40,822 nt of DNA, taken from assembly GCA_964572385.1 (NCBI GenBank), contig CAZNFM010000035.1, positions 1 to 40,822 on the forward strand. Direction: 5' to 3'. Source of the stretch: an uncultured Planctomycetaceae bacterium (GTDB taxonomy: Bacteria; Planctomycetota; Phycisphaerae; UBA1845; UTPLA1). The position numbers and the translations under genes are program-made. A model generated the notes under the pieces. It was not told the origin of the DNA. It searched no databases and saw nothing but the letters and a program-made list of their open reading frames with translations. Below are positions 1 through 9,966 of the stretch, piece after piece; within the stretch, counting starts at the first letter, position 1, and each line of letters begins with the position of its first letter.

Positions 1-467
<467 letters not shown>

Positions 468-625
468 GGGGACAACCTGGACCCGGACAGGCCGATCGGT
501 CGACTCACGTCCGCCGAAGCCAGCCTGCCCGGGACTTGGTCAGCATGTTCTCGATCGGCGCTACGGTGCCGGTGCCCGCTGGAGCGATTCAGCGGCCGAC
601 GATCTCTGTTGACCTTTTGAATGGT

Positions 626-662
626 CGCCCGACCAGCCTCGGTTGGTCGGGCGATCTTTTTT
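626..662 (+). terminator. Rho-independent terminator ~160 nt downstream of the 16S 3' end
   Basis: Perfect 10-bp stem CGCCCGACCA(626-635)/TGGTCGGGCG(644-653) with an 8-nt loop, followed by ATCTTTTTTC (T6 run 656-661). It sits in the correct orientation for the + strand 16S transcript. No tRNA or 23S follows. Confidence 0.7.
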
Positions 663-768
663 CATGCGCCGCCCGAGGTGGCCATCCCCGCTGGTCGTTG
701 CCGAAGTCCGCACTCGCCGAACGTTGCCTTCGGCGGCAGCTTGGGCTGGCCCCGACGCCCGGAGGGGC

Positions 769-2325
769 TCACCAGCGGAATTCGGTGCCCGCGGCGGCAC
801 CGACCAGGTGGTCATGCAGGGCCAAAGCGGCTTCTCGCGGGAGGTAGGGCATCCGGATCGCCGCGGCACTGGCGACGCCGGCGTTGGCCGCATCAATGGC
901 GAGCGTGGCCATCTGGTGCCGGCGGTCGAAAGGCGATTCGCGAATCATCACCGCCTGGATCTTGCTCATGCGGATGATTCGGCATTCGCGGGATAGCCAG
1001 CCCCATCGATACCAGAGCGACTGACTGGTGACGGCGTAGCCCATATGGCGAACCCGCTGCCGCGCGAACAGGTACGCCAAGGGCAGGGCCAGGCCGCCCA
1101 GCGAACCCCACGGGGGGTAAGCGAAGCCAAGAAAGAGTAGGGGCCCAGCCAGCCAAAGCACGTAAACGACGAAAACGCGTCGCACCGCGCGGGGATGCAG
1201 GCGATGCCAATCGGTCGGAACGCTGCTGAGCTCGCTCTGAATCTCCGGCAGCAGGGCGTGGGCCGCGTCCTGCCGCGCGATCGGCAAGAGGGCGTCAAGA
1301 CTCGAGGCGGCCGCATCCGGCCGGACGGCCCCGGCGGTGCGAGCCTTGAGCGTAACGGTGCCGAAGAGGCGATGCAGCGGACTTGCGTGGATCTCCAGTA
1401 GTTGGATGCGGTGCCGTGGGATAGTCAATAGCCGTTGGGTAAGCAAGCCGAAGCAGGTCCGCAGTTCGTCGCCGTCGCGCTGGAGACGGAAGCCGAAGAA
1501 GGTGGTGATCGCCCAGAGCACGGAGAGTACCCGCAGGCCGACCACGGCCAACGCCGCGAGTAGGACGAGCAGGAGCCGGCCGGATGAGGAATTCCATAAG
1601 TCGTCGCCGCTCACGGGCCCAAGCACGGCTTCGATCTGCTCTGGAGAAGGCATCAGATCCATCTGCGTGGTCGCCGCCAAAACCGCTGCCAGGGCCACGA
1701 GGCCCCGGTTCGAGATCACGCCCAGTCTGACCAGGTCGGCCAATGGCACACGGTGCAGGATCCGCCCGCCGGAAGCTGACCTGCTGCGGTCGTCGCCGGA
1801 GAATCCGGCGGCGGGCCGCGCCACGGGCTGGGCGGTGGTCGAAATCACGCGTGGGACGGCGGCGACGGCACGGCGTCGTTCCCGGAAGAGCCGCTCGCGA
1901 ACGTCTTCGGCCGCGGCCAGCGACAGCACCCGCAGAGTGGCTTCCGGCTCGCTGCCGCTGGCGGTCTGGATGATGACGTCGGCGACGCCCAGCAGGCGAT
2001 GAACAACCGTTCGCGTCATGTCCACGTTCTGGATGTGTTCGTAGGGAATATGCCGCTCGATCCGCTGGAGGATTCCGCTCTTGATGACCAATCCGTCGTG
2101 GGCAAAGGCATAGCGGAGGCTCAGGTAGATCGCGATTGCGTAGCACAACGCCGGAACGGCCAGCACCATGGCCCAGATCTCGGTCCGCTCCCCTCTTCCC
2201 AGAAACAGCACGATCAGGCCGGGGATCAGAAATCGCCGCAGCACGGAACCGAGACTGAACAGCAACGAGGCGGGGTGCAACCGCCGAAAGACCGGAGGAG
2301 GATCGCCTGGCTCAGACCGCGTCAT
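769..2325 (-). CDS. YdbT-like membrane protein with tandem bacterial PH (bPH_2/DUF304) domains
   Basis: 518 aa, ATG start. N-terminal TM pair, then repeated bPH_2-like units (…GLVIKSGILQRIERHIPYEHIQNVDMTRTVVHRLLGVADVII…). Its first 14 nt overlap the stop of the upstream ydbS-like gene, the classic ydbS-ydbT arrangement. Confidence 0.7.
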   Translation of the reverse strand: MTRSEPGDPPPVFRRLHPASLLFSLGSVLRRFLIPGLIVLFLGRGERTEIWAMVLAVPALCYAIAIYLSLRYAFAHDGLVIKSGILQRIERHIPYEHIQNVDMTRTVVHRLLGVADVIIQTASGSEPEATLRVLSLAAAEDVRERLFRERRRAVAAVPRVISTTAQPVARPAAGFSGDDRSRSASGGRILHRVPLADLVRLGVISNRGLVALAAVLAATTQMDLMPSPEQIEAVLGPVSGDDLWNSSSGRLLLVLLAALAVVGLRVLSVLWAITTFFGFRLQRDGDELRTCFGLLTQRLLTIPRHRIQLLEIHASPLHRLFGTVTLKARTAGAVRPDAAASSLDALLPIARQDAAHALLPEIQSELSSVPTDWHRLHPRAVRRVFVVYVLWLAGPLLFLGFAYPPWGSLGGLALPLAYLFARQRVRHMGYAVTSQSLWYRWGWLSRECRIIRMSKIQAVMIRESPFDRRHQMATLAIDAANAGVASAAAIRMPYLPREAALALHDHLVGAAAGTEFRW

Positions 2326-2929
2326 CTTCTTCGGAACCCAGCAGGTGATTGCGGATCAGGATGGCGGTCTCGTGTCGCAGCCCCTCCAGAGCAACCGAGG
2401 CACTCATGGTTCCGGCCGTGTGGATCACCAGGTGGGCCAGGCCGAACCGGCGCTCGATCGGGCCTTGGCTCACGTCGGTGTGCTGCACTCGTGATCGAGG
2501 GATGCTGTTGGTCGTCCGCCACAGAACGCCCCGGCGGATCTGAATACCAAGCGGTGTAACGCGGTAGGATCGATAACGGTAGTGCAGGGCCGGCCAGACC
2601 TGTGCCGCCCAGGCGAGCAAGGCCGCGAAAACCAAGGCGCCAGCGACAATCGTCACCTCGACGAACGATGGCGGATCAGCCATCCAGAACAGTATCACCG
2701 CCGCGGCCAGGCTCACCGCCGCCACCGGACCGGCGAACAGCCAGCCCGCCAGGCGCTCCGCGCGGACTATCTCCGGTGCGAGGCGGTGTTCTCGGCCATC
2801 TGCGATGACCTCGCCGCATTCGGTGGGGGGCGGGCCGCCTTTCGCCGGGTCCGCGGCGGCCAGCTGAACACCCGGGAGAGGCGTAATCGAGCCTTGTTCG
2901 CCACCGGACGGGTCTTTCGTTTCGCCCAT
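2312..2929 (-). CDS. YdbS-like membrane protein with a single bPH_2 domain
   Basis: 205 aa, ATG start. Two TM helices then a bPH_2 motif (YRVTPLGIQIRRGVLWRTTNSIPRSRVQHTDVSQGPIERRFGLAHLVIHTAG). Translationally coupled to the downstream ydbT-like gene. Confidence 0.7.
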   Translation of the reverse strand: MGETKDPSGGEQGSITPLPGVQLAAADPAKGGPPPTECGEVIADGREHRLAPEIVRAERLAGWLFAGPVAAVSLAAAVILFWMADPPSFVEVTIVAGALVFAALLAWAAQVWPALHYRYRSYRVTPLGIQIRRGVLWRTTNSIPRSRVQHTDVSQGPIERRFGLAHLVIHTAGTMSASVALEGLRHETAILIRNHLLGSEEDDAV

Positions 2930-3061
2930 GTCCGAAGCTCCGATTCCAATGACCGGTCTGGCCGCCGGTATGAGACCTCACCGCTCCTGACGCCGGATTA
3001 TTCTGCGCCTGCCGACCTGCCGCAACTTGCCGGATCCTGCTCGACCCAGCACGATAGGGGT

Positions 3062-4327
3062 ATGTGCGGTCGGTCGCAAGACTCATCCCCCCCGGCGGAC
3101 GCTGCCTCGGCCCCGCCGGCCCCGGACGAGCCGGTGCCGTGGGTTCGGCTGCGGTCCGCAACGATGCATCCGTTCATCTTTCGGCGCATGGTGGGCGAGG
3201 TCTCGCCAGCGGCTCAGCCCGGCGATGTAGTCACGGTGTACGATAAAGCCGGCCAGTTTCTCGGACGCGGCCTCTACAACCCACAATCGCAGATCGTTGT
3301 TCGGGTGCTGACTCGTAGCCGTGATGCGATCGACCGGGAGTTTTGGCGAGAGCGGCTCCGGCAGGCCATCGAATTGCGGCGGCGACTCGGGTTGTTCGGC
3401 GAGACCACCGATGCCTGCCGCCTCGTCCACGCCGAGGCAGACGGTTTGTCGGGGCTGGTCGTCGAGCGCTATGCCGATGCCTTGGTCCTCGAGTTCTTCT
3501 CGCTGGGCATGTTTCAGCGCCGCCGAGAGCTGGTTCGGCTGCTGGCGGAGCTGCTCGGACCGCCCTCCGTGCTGGATCGCCCGCGGCTCGCCGCGGCCGA
3601 GTGGCACGTGGTGATGCGAGCGGATGAAGGAATCGAGCGAGTCGAAGGATTCACGGTGCCGCCGGAGGATCAGGCCGACCGCATCCCTCTCATCATCCGT
3701 GAGCATGGTATCCGCTACCGGGTTGACCCTGCTCGGGGCCATAAGACCGGCTTCTTCTGCGATCAGCGCGACAACCGGCGTCGGTTCGCGTCACTTTGCC
3801 GTGATGCCGAGGTCTTGGATGTGTGCTGCTACACGGGAGGGTTCGGAATCGCCGCCAAAGTGCTAGGGGACGCGGCCGCGGTGACCGCCGTCGACTTGGA
3901 CGAGGCGGCCTTGGCTCTCGCGCGCGAGAATGCCAATCTCAATCAGGTGCGCTTGAACCTGGTCCACTCCGACGCCTTCAATTACCTCCGCCAGATGATC
4001 GCCAACCATCGTCAATTCGGCGCGGTCGTCGTGGATCCGCCCAAGTTGGCGGTCCGTCGCTCGGAAACCGAGACCGCTCTGAAGAAGTACCACGACCTCA
4101 ACACCCTCACTTTGCAAGTGGTTCGCCCCGGCGGGATTCTTGTGACCTGCAGTTGCAGCGGGCTGGTTTCACGAGACGCCTTCCTGGACGTAGTTCGCGG
4201 GGCGGCGCGGCGTGCCGCAAAATCCGTGCAGGTCATCGGTCAGACCGGCGCAGCGCCGGATCACCCGGTCACTTTCGAATGCCCGGAGACGGAATACCTG
4301 AAGGTGATATGGCTGCGGGTATTGTGA
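3062..4327 (+). CDS. rlmI: Class I SAM-dependent 23S rRNA (m5C) methyltransferase, RlmI/YccW family (PUA + Rossmann MTase)
   Basis: The track ORF 2582..4327 starts at GTG far upstream and overlaps the divergent ydbS gene. The family-consistent N-terminus (PWVRLRSAT…HPFIFRRMV, compare E. coli RlmI [23 protein letters not shown]) begins at ATG 3062, preceded by AGGGG. Downstream are the SAM-binding motif VLDVCCYTGGFGIAA and the catalytic region. The C-terminus PETEYLKVIWLRVL matches the RlmI C-terminus. Confidence 0.85.
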   Translation: MCGRSQDSSPPADAASAPPAPDEPVPWVRLRSATMHPFIFRRMVGEVSPAAQPGDVVTVYDKAGQFLGRGLYNPQSQIVVRVLTRSRDAIDREFWRERLRQAIELRRRLGLFGETTDACRLVHAEADGLSGLVVERYADALVLEFFSLGMFQRRRELVRLLAELLGPPSVLDRPRLAAAEWHVVMRADEGIERVEGFTVPPEDQADRIPLIIREHGIRYRVDPARGHKTGFFCDQRDNRRRFASLCRDAEVLDVCCYTGGFGIAAKVLGDAAAVTAVDLDEAALALARENANLNQVRLNLVHSDAFNYLRQMIANHRQFGAVVVDPPKLAVRRSETETALKKYHDLNTLTLQVVRPGGILVTCSCSGLVSRDAFLDVVRGAARRAAKSVQVIGQTGAAPDHPVTFECPETEYLKVIWLRVL

Positions 4328-7040
4328 TGGCCTCGCGGGATTCCGTCCGCAGCGGCTCCAGTCTGAACAATTGGTTATGGCGAAGCTCTCCGCCCAGCTC
4401 CTGCACGGTCACGCGGAGATACCGGTCTGAGATGGCCTGGCTGATCGACAGGAGGTACTCGCGGACCGCCGTCTGTCCCGGTGCCAGGTTGCGGATGATG
4501 TGGGTGTCGCACGGAACATCCGCCGCGATGAGATAGGTGTGGAGGTTCAGCGTGCGTTCGCCGCGATTACTGACCCGCTGTCGCACGCGGAGCGTGCCGT
4601 TCTCAGAGTCCACCAGTACGTTGACGTCCAAGCCCGGCGAATCCACCTGAACGGGTGCCCGCAGCAACAACGGCTCGGCACCGTAGTCCTGGATGTCCAG
4701 CCGGGCAGACAGCACGTATTCGCCGACGGCCTGGTTGGTCGGCACGCGGAATCGTAGGGGATACTCCGCCGCCGCACCCGGGGGAATATCCAGCCGGATC
4801 TTGCGAGGCTGCACATCCCACTCGCCGGGCAGGCCCAGCAGAAGTTCGCCTCGCAGCCGCGTCGCTCGGGGGTTGACCAGACGCAGGGTCCGCTCCTGCA
4901 CCGCGACCTTGGCCTCCAACGCCGGCGGAGCGACTCCAAAGCTCCCGAGCAGCATCGCTCGCCAGGCTGGAATCGGAGAGATCACGACGGGTGCGGCGTC
5001 GAGGCTCAAGCGCGTGCCGTTGGCGTCGTAGGGCAGGTCCGTGATCTCTCCCCACAGGTTCATCTGTCGCAGATCGCGGCCCAGATCCACCTCCGTTGTG
5101 CAAAGCGAACCGGGCGAGACGTCTGCAAACGCGACCAAGGATGCGGTTTCCTGCGCGGGGTCAAGGAACAGTCTGCCTTCGGCGCCTCCGCCCAACCACA
5201 TAGCCGGACCGGGTTTCAGGTCGCCAAGCGCACCACCCAGCGTGCGGAGGACCAGTGACTCTTCGCGCAGGTCAATGTCAGGAATTCCTCCTCGCGTCGT
5301 CACGGTCCAGGGTTGCATCACGAAAATCTTCTCCGCGCCCGCACCGTAGGCGGCGACCAGTCTGCGGGCGAACTCTGCGAGGCGGTCTCGGCGGTGATAT
5401 GGGCCTTCTGGAAGATACGGCACGGTGATCCAGAATCGTATCCCGGGGGGAACCGTCGCCAGGTGTTCGGCATAACGGTGCGCCGGTAGGTGTGGAGGCA
5501 TGGAAACGGACAGGATATCCACCGTGCCGCTTTGCAGCGTCAGGGGCGTCTGCACCGTCAGCGGGACCGCCAGATCAGGTCGTCCTAGCAAAGGCTCTAC
5601 CTCGGCCCGCACCCGCATGACCGCGGTTCGCAACTGCTCGCCGGAGTCGATTTCCGGTTGGCGGTCCTCGCCGAGCTGGCAGGCGGCGATGTGCCGCCCG
5701 TGCCTGGAAAGGGGCAAAGCCAGCCAGGCCCGCCATTCCTCGGAGGGCGCGGCGAGCAGATCCAGCAAACCCCGAGTTCGGCCATTGGGCAGCTCTGTCA
5801 GGCTGGGAACGGGGGCTTCCAGCACGCCCATGACGCGGATTCCCCGGGCTTGCAGGAGTCTTAGTAATCGGTCTTCGCCAGAATCGCCGCGCAGCAGTGC
5901 TTCGTCGTCCATGGTGGCATGCCACAGCGGCCATTTCACCGTGTTTCCGCCTACCGCTCGCACCAACTCCACCGTTAGCTCGGGCGTGAGTCGTGCGTCC
6001 GCATTCAGAATGATTCCCCATGGCGCCGCCGCCGAATCTGGCGGCCTGGAGGCCGCCACGTCGCTTTCGCTAAGTCTGACGAACGTGCGTTGGTGGGTTG
6101 CCAGTTCCTGCGTGCCAACCCGCACGCTCACTCTGGCCGCGTAGAGGCCCGGCGGCTGTTCACCCAAATCCATGACCGCGGCCGGGTCAAACTCGCTTCC
6201 GAGGGGGATTTCCTTTTCGAAAACGCGTTTCCCCTCCGCGTCAATCACCTCCAGCCCGGCGGCGAGGCCGATTCCGTCAGGGTCCGTCACGGTCGTTTGG
6301 CATTCCACTCTTTCGCCGCTGGCGTAAAACGGAACGCTCTTGCTCAGCGACAGAGTGGTCCTCGGCAACCGCAGCACGGTGATGTCATCAAACCACGCCG
6401 CGCCGGTCATGTCTCGTTGCGGGATGGGGCGCGGGTTGTCCGCAGAAGGTCTGGGCTCTTCCGGCTGACGAAGTTGTAGACTGAGTGCCAGGCGAGCGGC
6501 GCGCTCGCGTCCGCCCGGAAGATCGATTGTCACGGCCTGCCACGAGCCGTCGGCCTCCGGCCCGCCGATCGGTTCGCTCCATCGCTCCGAATCTTCGATC
6601 TTCCGCATGGCGTGGTCCACGTAGTAGCCGCTCAGATAGGCGCGCGCATGCATGAGTCCGGCCGTGCGAACCCAGGCGACGATTCGATAGTCGCTCTCAG
6701 GATGAACGGGAATATCGCGCCCTTGGTATCGCATCCCCACGCTGCCGCCACGCAGGTCCAGCCGGAAGGATGGGGGGGCGTCATGTCCGATCTCGTAGTC
6801 GAAACTCGGCTCCAGAAATCGTGGGTAGCCCGCCTCCATCAGGCGAACCCAGTTCATCGGCGTGTCTTCATAATTACCCTGAGGTCGCTCGTCGAAATCG
6901 AAGGTCTTGACGATGCGTTGCTCGATACGGACCGAAACCGGATCCTCGACCGGGGCGATGATTTCCGGTTTCCGCCCTGCGAATTGTGCCGGTATTGCCG
7001 GCCCGACCAGGAAACAGACGACGAGAAATCCCCTCAGCAT
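4269..7040 (-). CDS. Large secreted protein of unknown function (923 aa, signal peptide)
   Basis: ATG at 7040 with GAGGT 5 nt upstream. N-terminus MLRGFLVVCFLVGPAIPAQFAG is a signal peptide. The reading frame has uniformly high GC3. No catalytic family recognised, though parts resemble a TIM-barrel-like fold (low confidence). Its 3' end overlaps the rlmI 3' end by 59 nt, convergently. Confidence 0.75.
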   Translation of the reverse strand: MLRGFLVVCFLVGPAIPAQFAGRKPEIIAPVEDPVSVRIEQRIVKTFDFDERPQGNYEDTPMNWVRLMEAGYPRFLEPSFDYEIGHDAPPSFRLDLRGGSVGMRYQGRDIPVHPESDYRIVAWVRTAGLMHARAYLSGYYVDHAMRKIEDSERWSEPIGGPEADGSWQAVTIDLPGGRERAARLALSLQLRQPEEPRPSADNPRPIPQRDMTGAAWFDDITVLRLPRTTLSLSKSVPFYASGERVECQTTVTDPDGIGLAAGLEVIDAEGKRVFEKEIPLGSEFDPAAVMDLGEQPPGLYAARVSVRVGTQELATHQRTFVRLSESDVAASRPPDSAAAPWGIILNADARLTPELTVELVRAVGGNTVKWPLWHATMDDEALLRGDSGEDRLLRLLQARGIRVMGVLEAPVPSLTELPNGRTRGLLDLLAAPSEEWRAWLALPLSRHGRHIAACQLGEDRQPEIDSGEQLRTAVMRVRAEVEPLLGRPDLAVPLTVQTPLTLQSGTVDILSVSMPPHLPAHRYAEHLATVPPGIRFWITVPYLPEGPYHRRDRLAEFARRLVAAYGAGAEKIFVMQPWTVTTRGGIPDIDLREESLVLRTLGGALGDLKPGPAMWLGGGAEGRLFLDPAQETASLVAFADVSPGSLCTTEVDLGRDLRQMNLWGEITDLPYDANGTRLSLDAAPVVISPIPAWRAMLLGSFGVAPPALEAKVAVQERTLRLVNPRATRLRGELLLGLPGEWDVQPRKIRLDIPPGAAAEYPLRFRVPTNQAVGEYVLSARLDIQDYGAEPLLLRAPVQVDSPGLDVNVLVDSENGTLRVRQRVSNRGERTLNLHTYLIAADVPCDTHIIRNLAPGQTAVREYLLSISQAISDRYLRVTVQELGGELRHNQLFRLEPLRTESREAITIPAAISPSGIPSPGIRK

Positions 7041-7287
7041 GATTACCTCGATGGCGTGCCAACCGGGTTACGGCGCCCTGTGGGGCGAGGAACGCTTATT
7101 GACCTTATCGAACCGCCTCATCGAGGGATTGAGCGTCGTGCCTGAATCGGCCGGACGAAACCGCGAGACGTCCGATATTACCCGCAGCTTGCTCGGCCAA
7201 AGCACCGTTCGCAGGCCGGCGACGCGACCTACCGATATCTTCTAAAGACGCGTCCAATCGATTGGTTGAGATGGTGGAGGTGACGAC

Positions 7288-7578
7288 ATGACCAGACTGC
7301 CCCGCATCTGCCGCAGCGCGAAAATCGCCTTGGCCGCGACGTTGGCCTCCGGGCCCTTGTTGTTCAACGGCTGTCTTGATTCCGAGATCGGGAAGCGATT
7401 TCGCGAGGCCTACGCCACCGGCTTCGCGGAAGGTCTCTCCACGGCCCTGGGCACCGCCGGGCAGGCCGAAGCCGGCTTGCGGCAGATGGGACAAGCCTTG
7501 GCCGACGCCTTGGGAGCGGTGATTGCTCCTCGCGAGTCCGGCTCTTCTTCATCAGGCGGATCCGGAGGCAGCCGCTAG
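7288..7578 (+). CDS. Small lipoprotein with a Gly/Ser-rich tail (hypothetical)
   Basis: ATG preceded by GGTGGAGGTGACGAC (SD). Signal peptide plus lipobox (…LLFNGC). 96 aa. Confidence 0.5.
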   Translation: MTRLPRICRSAKIALAATLASGPLLFNGCLDSEIGKRFREAYATGFAEGLSTALGTAGQAEAGLRQMGQALADALGAVIAPRESGSSSSGGSGGSR

Positions 7579-7589
7579 CCTGCTTGCCG

Positions 7590-8774
7590 TTAACGCCTTC
7601 CTAGCAGCTTCTCCAGCCGGTCCATGCCCTGATCGATGTAGTCGAGGCTGTTGGCGAAGGAGAGCCGGACATGATTGTCCGAGCCGAAGGCCAGTCCGGG
7701 CACTAACGCCACATGGGCCTTCTCCAGGATAACGTTGCAGCATTCCACTGAGCCTCGGACTCCCAGAAGGCGATACGCCTCGGTGAAGTCGGGAAAACAG
7801 TAGAACGCCCCGCTCGGTGGGATGCACGACACCCCGGCGATGGCGTTCAATCGTCGACACATGTGCAGGCCGCGGCGTTCGAATTCAGCTCGCCGCAGTT
7901 CGACGTGCGCTTGATCGCCGGTCAAGGCCTCCACCAGGGCGTGTTGCACGAAAGTCGCGGTTCCACTGGTCGTGTGGCTCTGGATTTTCGCCATGGCCTT
8001 GATGATTCTCTCCGGACCCGCTGCATAGCCCACCCGCCAGCCCGTCATGGAGTGGGTCTTGCTGGCCGCGTTGAAGGTGATGGTCTTCTCCCGCCATTCG
8101 TCATCGACGGCCGCGAAGCTAAGATGCTCTCGGCGATCGCCGAAACGGAGCTGGTCATACATCTCGTCGCTGAACACGATGAGGTCGCGGCCGGACAACG
8201 CTTTGGCGATGGCTCGAACTTCCGCGGGGTTGTAGGCGAAGCCTCCCGGATTCGAGGGACTGTTGAAGATCAGTATCTTCGTCCGCGGAGTCACCGCGGC
8301 GAGGATCTGCTCCGGCGTCAGACGCAGATCGCGGGGATCGTGCGGCTCGACCAATACGACCCGCCCCTCGCACAGCTTGATCTGCTCGGGGAAGCTGACC
8401 CAATACGGGACCGGAAGGATCGCCTCATCGCCGGGATTGAGCAGGGCGGCGGCGGCCAGGAAAAGCGCCTCCTTGCCGCCGACCGTCACAATGACCTGGT
8501 CGGGCGTGTAATGCAGCCCGTTGTCGCGGCGGAACTTCTCGCAGACCGCCGCGCGAGCTTCCGGAATCCCGTGCGAAGGCTTGGCGTAGCCGGTGTGCCC
8601 GGCCTCCAAAGCCTGACAGGCCGCCGTCTTGACGTGCGCTGGGGTAGGGAAGTCAGGCTCGCCTGCTCCGAAGCCCAGAACGTCTATTCCTTTTCGACGT
8701 AGTTCCGCAGCTTTCGCCGCCACCTCCAAGGTAGCGGAGGAGGCCAAGACCTGGACGCGCTTCGAGAGATCCAT
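7590..8774 (-). CDS. PLP-dependent aminotransferase class I/II (aspartate/aromatic aminotransferase-like)
   Basis: Fold-type I aminotransferase motifs: GEPDFPTP near the N-terminus, the NSPSNPGG substrate/PLP region, and the Lys-bearing FNAASKTHSMTGWRVGY. The track ORF starts at TTG 8801; the first ATG (MDLSKRV…) is at 8774. Either start gives the same protein family. Confidence 0.9.
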   Translation of the reverse strand: MDLSKRVQVLASSATLEVAAKAAELRRKGIDVLGFGAGEPDFPTPAHVKTAACQALEAGHTGYAKPSHGIPEARAAVCEKFRRDNGLHYTPDQVIVTVGGKEALFLAAAALLNPGDEAILPVPYWVSFPEQIKLCEGRVVLVEPHDPRDLRLTPEQILAAVTPRTKILIFNSPSNPGGFAYNPAEVRAIAKALSGRDLIVFSDEMYDQLRFGDRREHLSFAAVDDEWREKTITFNAASKTHSMTGWRVGYAAGPERIIKAMAKIQSHTTSGTATFVQHALVEALTGDQAHVELRRAEFERRGLHMCRRLNAIAGVSCIPPSGAFYCFPDFTEAYRLLGVRGSVECCNVILEKAHVALVPGLAFGSDNHVRLSFANSLDYIDQGMDRLEKLLGRR

Positions 8775-9120
8775 GGGTCGCTTTCTTTGCACGGGCAGCA
8801 AATACTACGCCCCGGAAGGTGCCTGCCCCAGCATTCTTCCGGGTCGATGCCCTTTCATTCTTGTCCGCCGGAGCGAGCAACAGCACCACGTAGCCGCCGA
8901 ACACGGGACGAACGCCGGCTGCCGAGGGACACACAGGTTATCTTCACTAGCAACGGGCATGCCAGTCATATGCCGCCGCTTTTGAACGCCGCGTTGCCGT
9001 TTCCTTCGCACGCTGCGACAATAGCCCCACTTGGGGAGAGGGGCAATTACTCAGAGATGACTCCCGCAGCCAGGGAGGCACGAGGGATTCCAGCATCCGT
9101 TAGCCGAGCCCATCCGGACA

Positions 9121-9846
9121 ATGACGCTCAACAATGAATCGCTGTTCGTGCTGCACCTTCTCACCTGTGGCGCATTGCTGCTCGTTGCGGCTCGTCAAGG
9201 GCGGGCAGGATTGGGCGCGGTCGTCGTCACCTGTACGATCCTCATGAACATCGTGGTGATGAAGCAATTCACCGTCTTCGGGCTTTCGGTGACCGGGGGA
9301 AACGTACTCTTCGCCATCGTTTTTCTAGCCAACGACGTGCTGAACGAGCATTTCGGCAAAAAGGCTGCTCGCGCGGCGGTCTATCTGGGCTTCTCCGCGA
9401 GCCTGGCAGTCGTGATCGTCACGCAATTCGAGTTGCTGTACGCCCCTAACTCCTCCGATGACGCTCAGCCGCACTTGGACTACTTCTTCGCCGCCAACGC
9501 CTACCCGCGGATCGTCCTGGTTTCGATGGTCAGTTACCTGGCGTCGCAGTTGCTTGATACCCAAGTCTACCATTTCATTAGGCGGCAGACCGGCACTCAC
9601 CGCCTTCTGTGGCTGCGCAGCAACGCGTCGACCTGGATTTCGCAAGCCTTCGACACGGTGTTCTTCACCACCGCGGCCCTCACCGGGCCCGGCTCGGTCA
9701 TCAGTTCGTGGCCGGAGTGGCGAGACGCGGTCGTCTTCAACTACCTGATCAAGCTGATCGCCGCCGTGGGCAGCACACCGTTTCTCTACCTGACCACCTG
9801 GCGCCCCTTCGTACCCTCCGGCTCGCAGCGCCAGTCCGTCGCCTGA
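9121..9846 (+). CDS. yhhQ: Queuosine-precursor transporter, YhhQ/Vut (DUF165) family
   Basis: 241 aa, ~6 TM. Colinear with E. coli YhhQ: LANDVLNEHFG ~ LATDLTVRIFG; YLASQLLDTQVYHFIRRQ ~ YALGQILDVHVFNRLRQ; WISQAFDTVFF ~ FGNVSDTLAFF. Confidence 0.85.
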   Translation: MTLNNESLFVLHLLTCGALLLVAARQGRAGLGAVVVTCTILMNIVVMKQFTVFGLSVTGGNVLFAIVFLANDVLNEHFGKKAARAAVYLGFSASLAVVIVTQFELLYAPNSSDDAQPHLDYFFAANAYPRIVLVSMVSYLASQLLDTQVYHFIRRQTGTHRLLWLRSNASTWISQAFDTVFFTTAALTGPGSVISSWPEWRDAVVFNYLIKLIAAVGSTPFLYLTTWRPFVPSGSQRQSVA

Positions 9847-9887
9847 TTGGCGACTCCGCCCGATCGCACAAACGCCATGAAGAACCG

Positions 9888-9928
9888 AAGCCCGCGAGGT
9901 GGCCGGAAGGCACTCGCGGGCTTGTTGG
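9888..9928. terminator. Candidate bidirectional terminator hairpin between convergent yhhQ and the lipoprotein gene
   Basis: 11-bp stem AAGCCCGCGAG/CTCGCGGGCTT with a 14-nt loop, followed by TGTTGG. Weak U-tract and large loop, so low confidence. Confidence 0.3.
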
Positions 9929-9966
9929 ATCAGCGGATCCTGCCACCAAAGGGGCAATGGCTCGCG

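Noticed and set aside
536-996. Four overlapping pre-computed ORFs (536..847, 561..896, 621..977, 643..996) in the region after the 16S gene
   Set aside because: They lie over the 16S 3' spacer and terminator and overlap the end of the ydbT-like gene. The translations are Arg/Gly/Pro-rich with no coherent third-position bias, typical of random ORFs in GC-rich DNA.
1295-2146. 283-aa minus-strand ORF and several plus-strand ORFs (1337..2002, 1999..2559) overlapping the ydbT-like gene
   Set aside because: They are out-of-frame or antisense to a gene with a clear domain architecture and translate to low-complexity Arg/Pro-rich sequence.
2582-3061. N-terminal 160-aa extension of the rlmI ORF from a GTG start
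   Set aside because: It would overlap the divergent ydbS gene and promoter region and is Arg/His-rich nonsense. The family-conserved N-terminus begins at ATG 3062.
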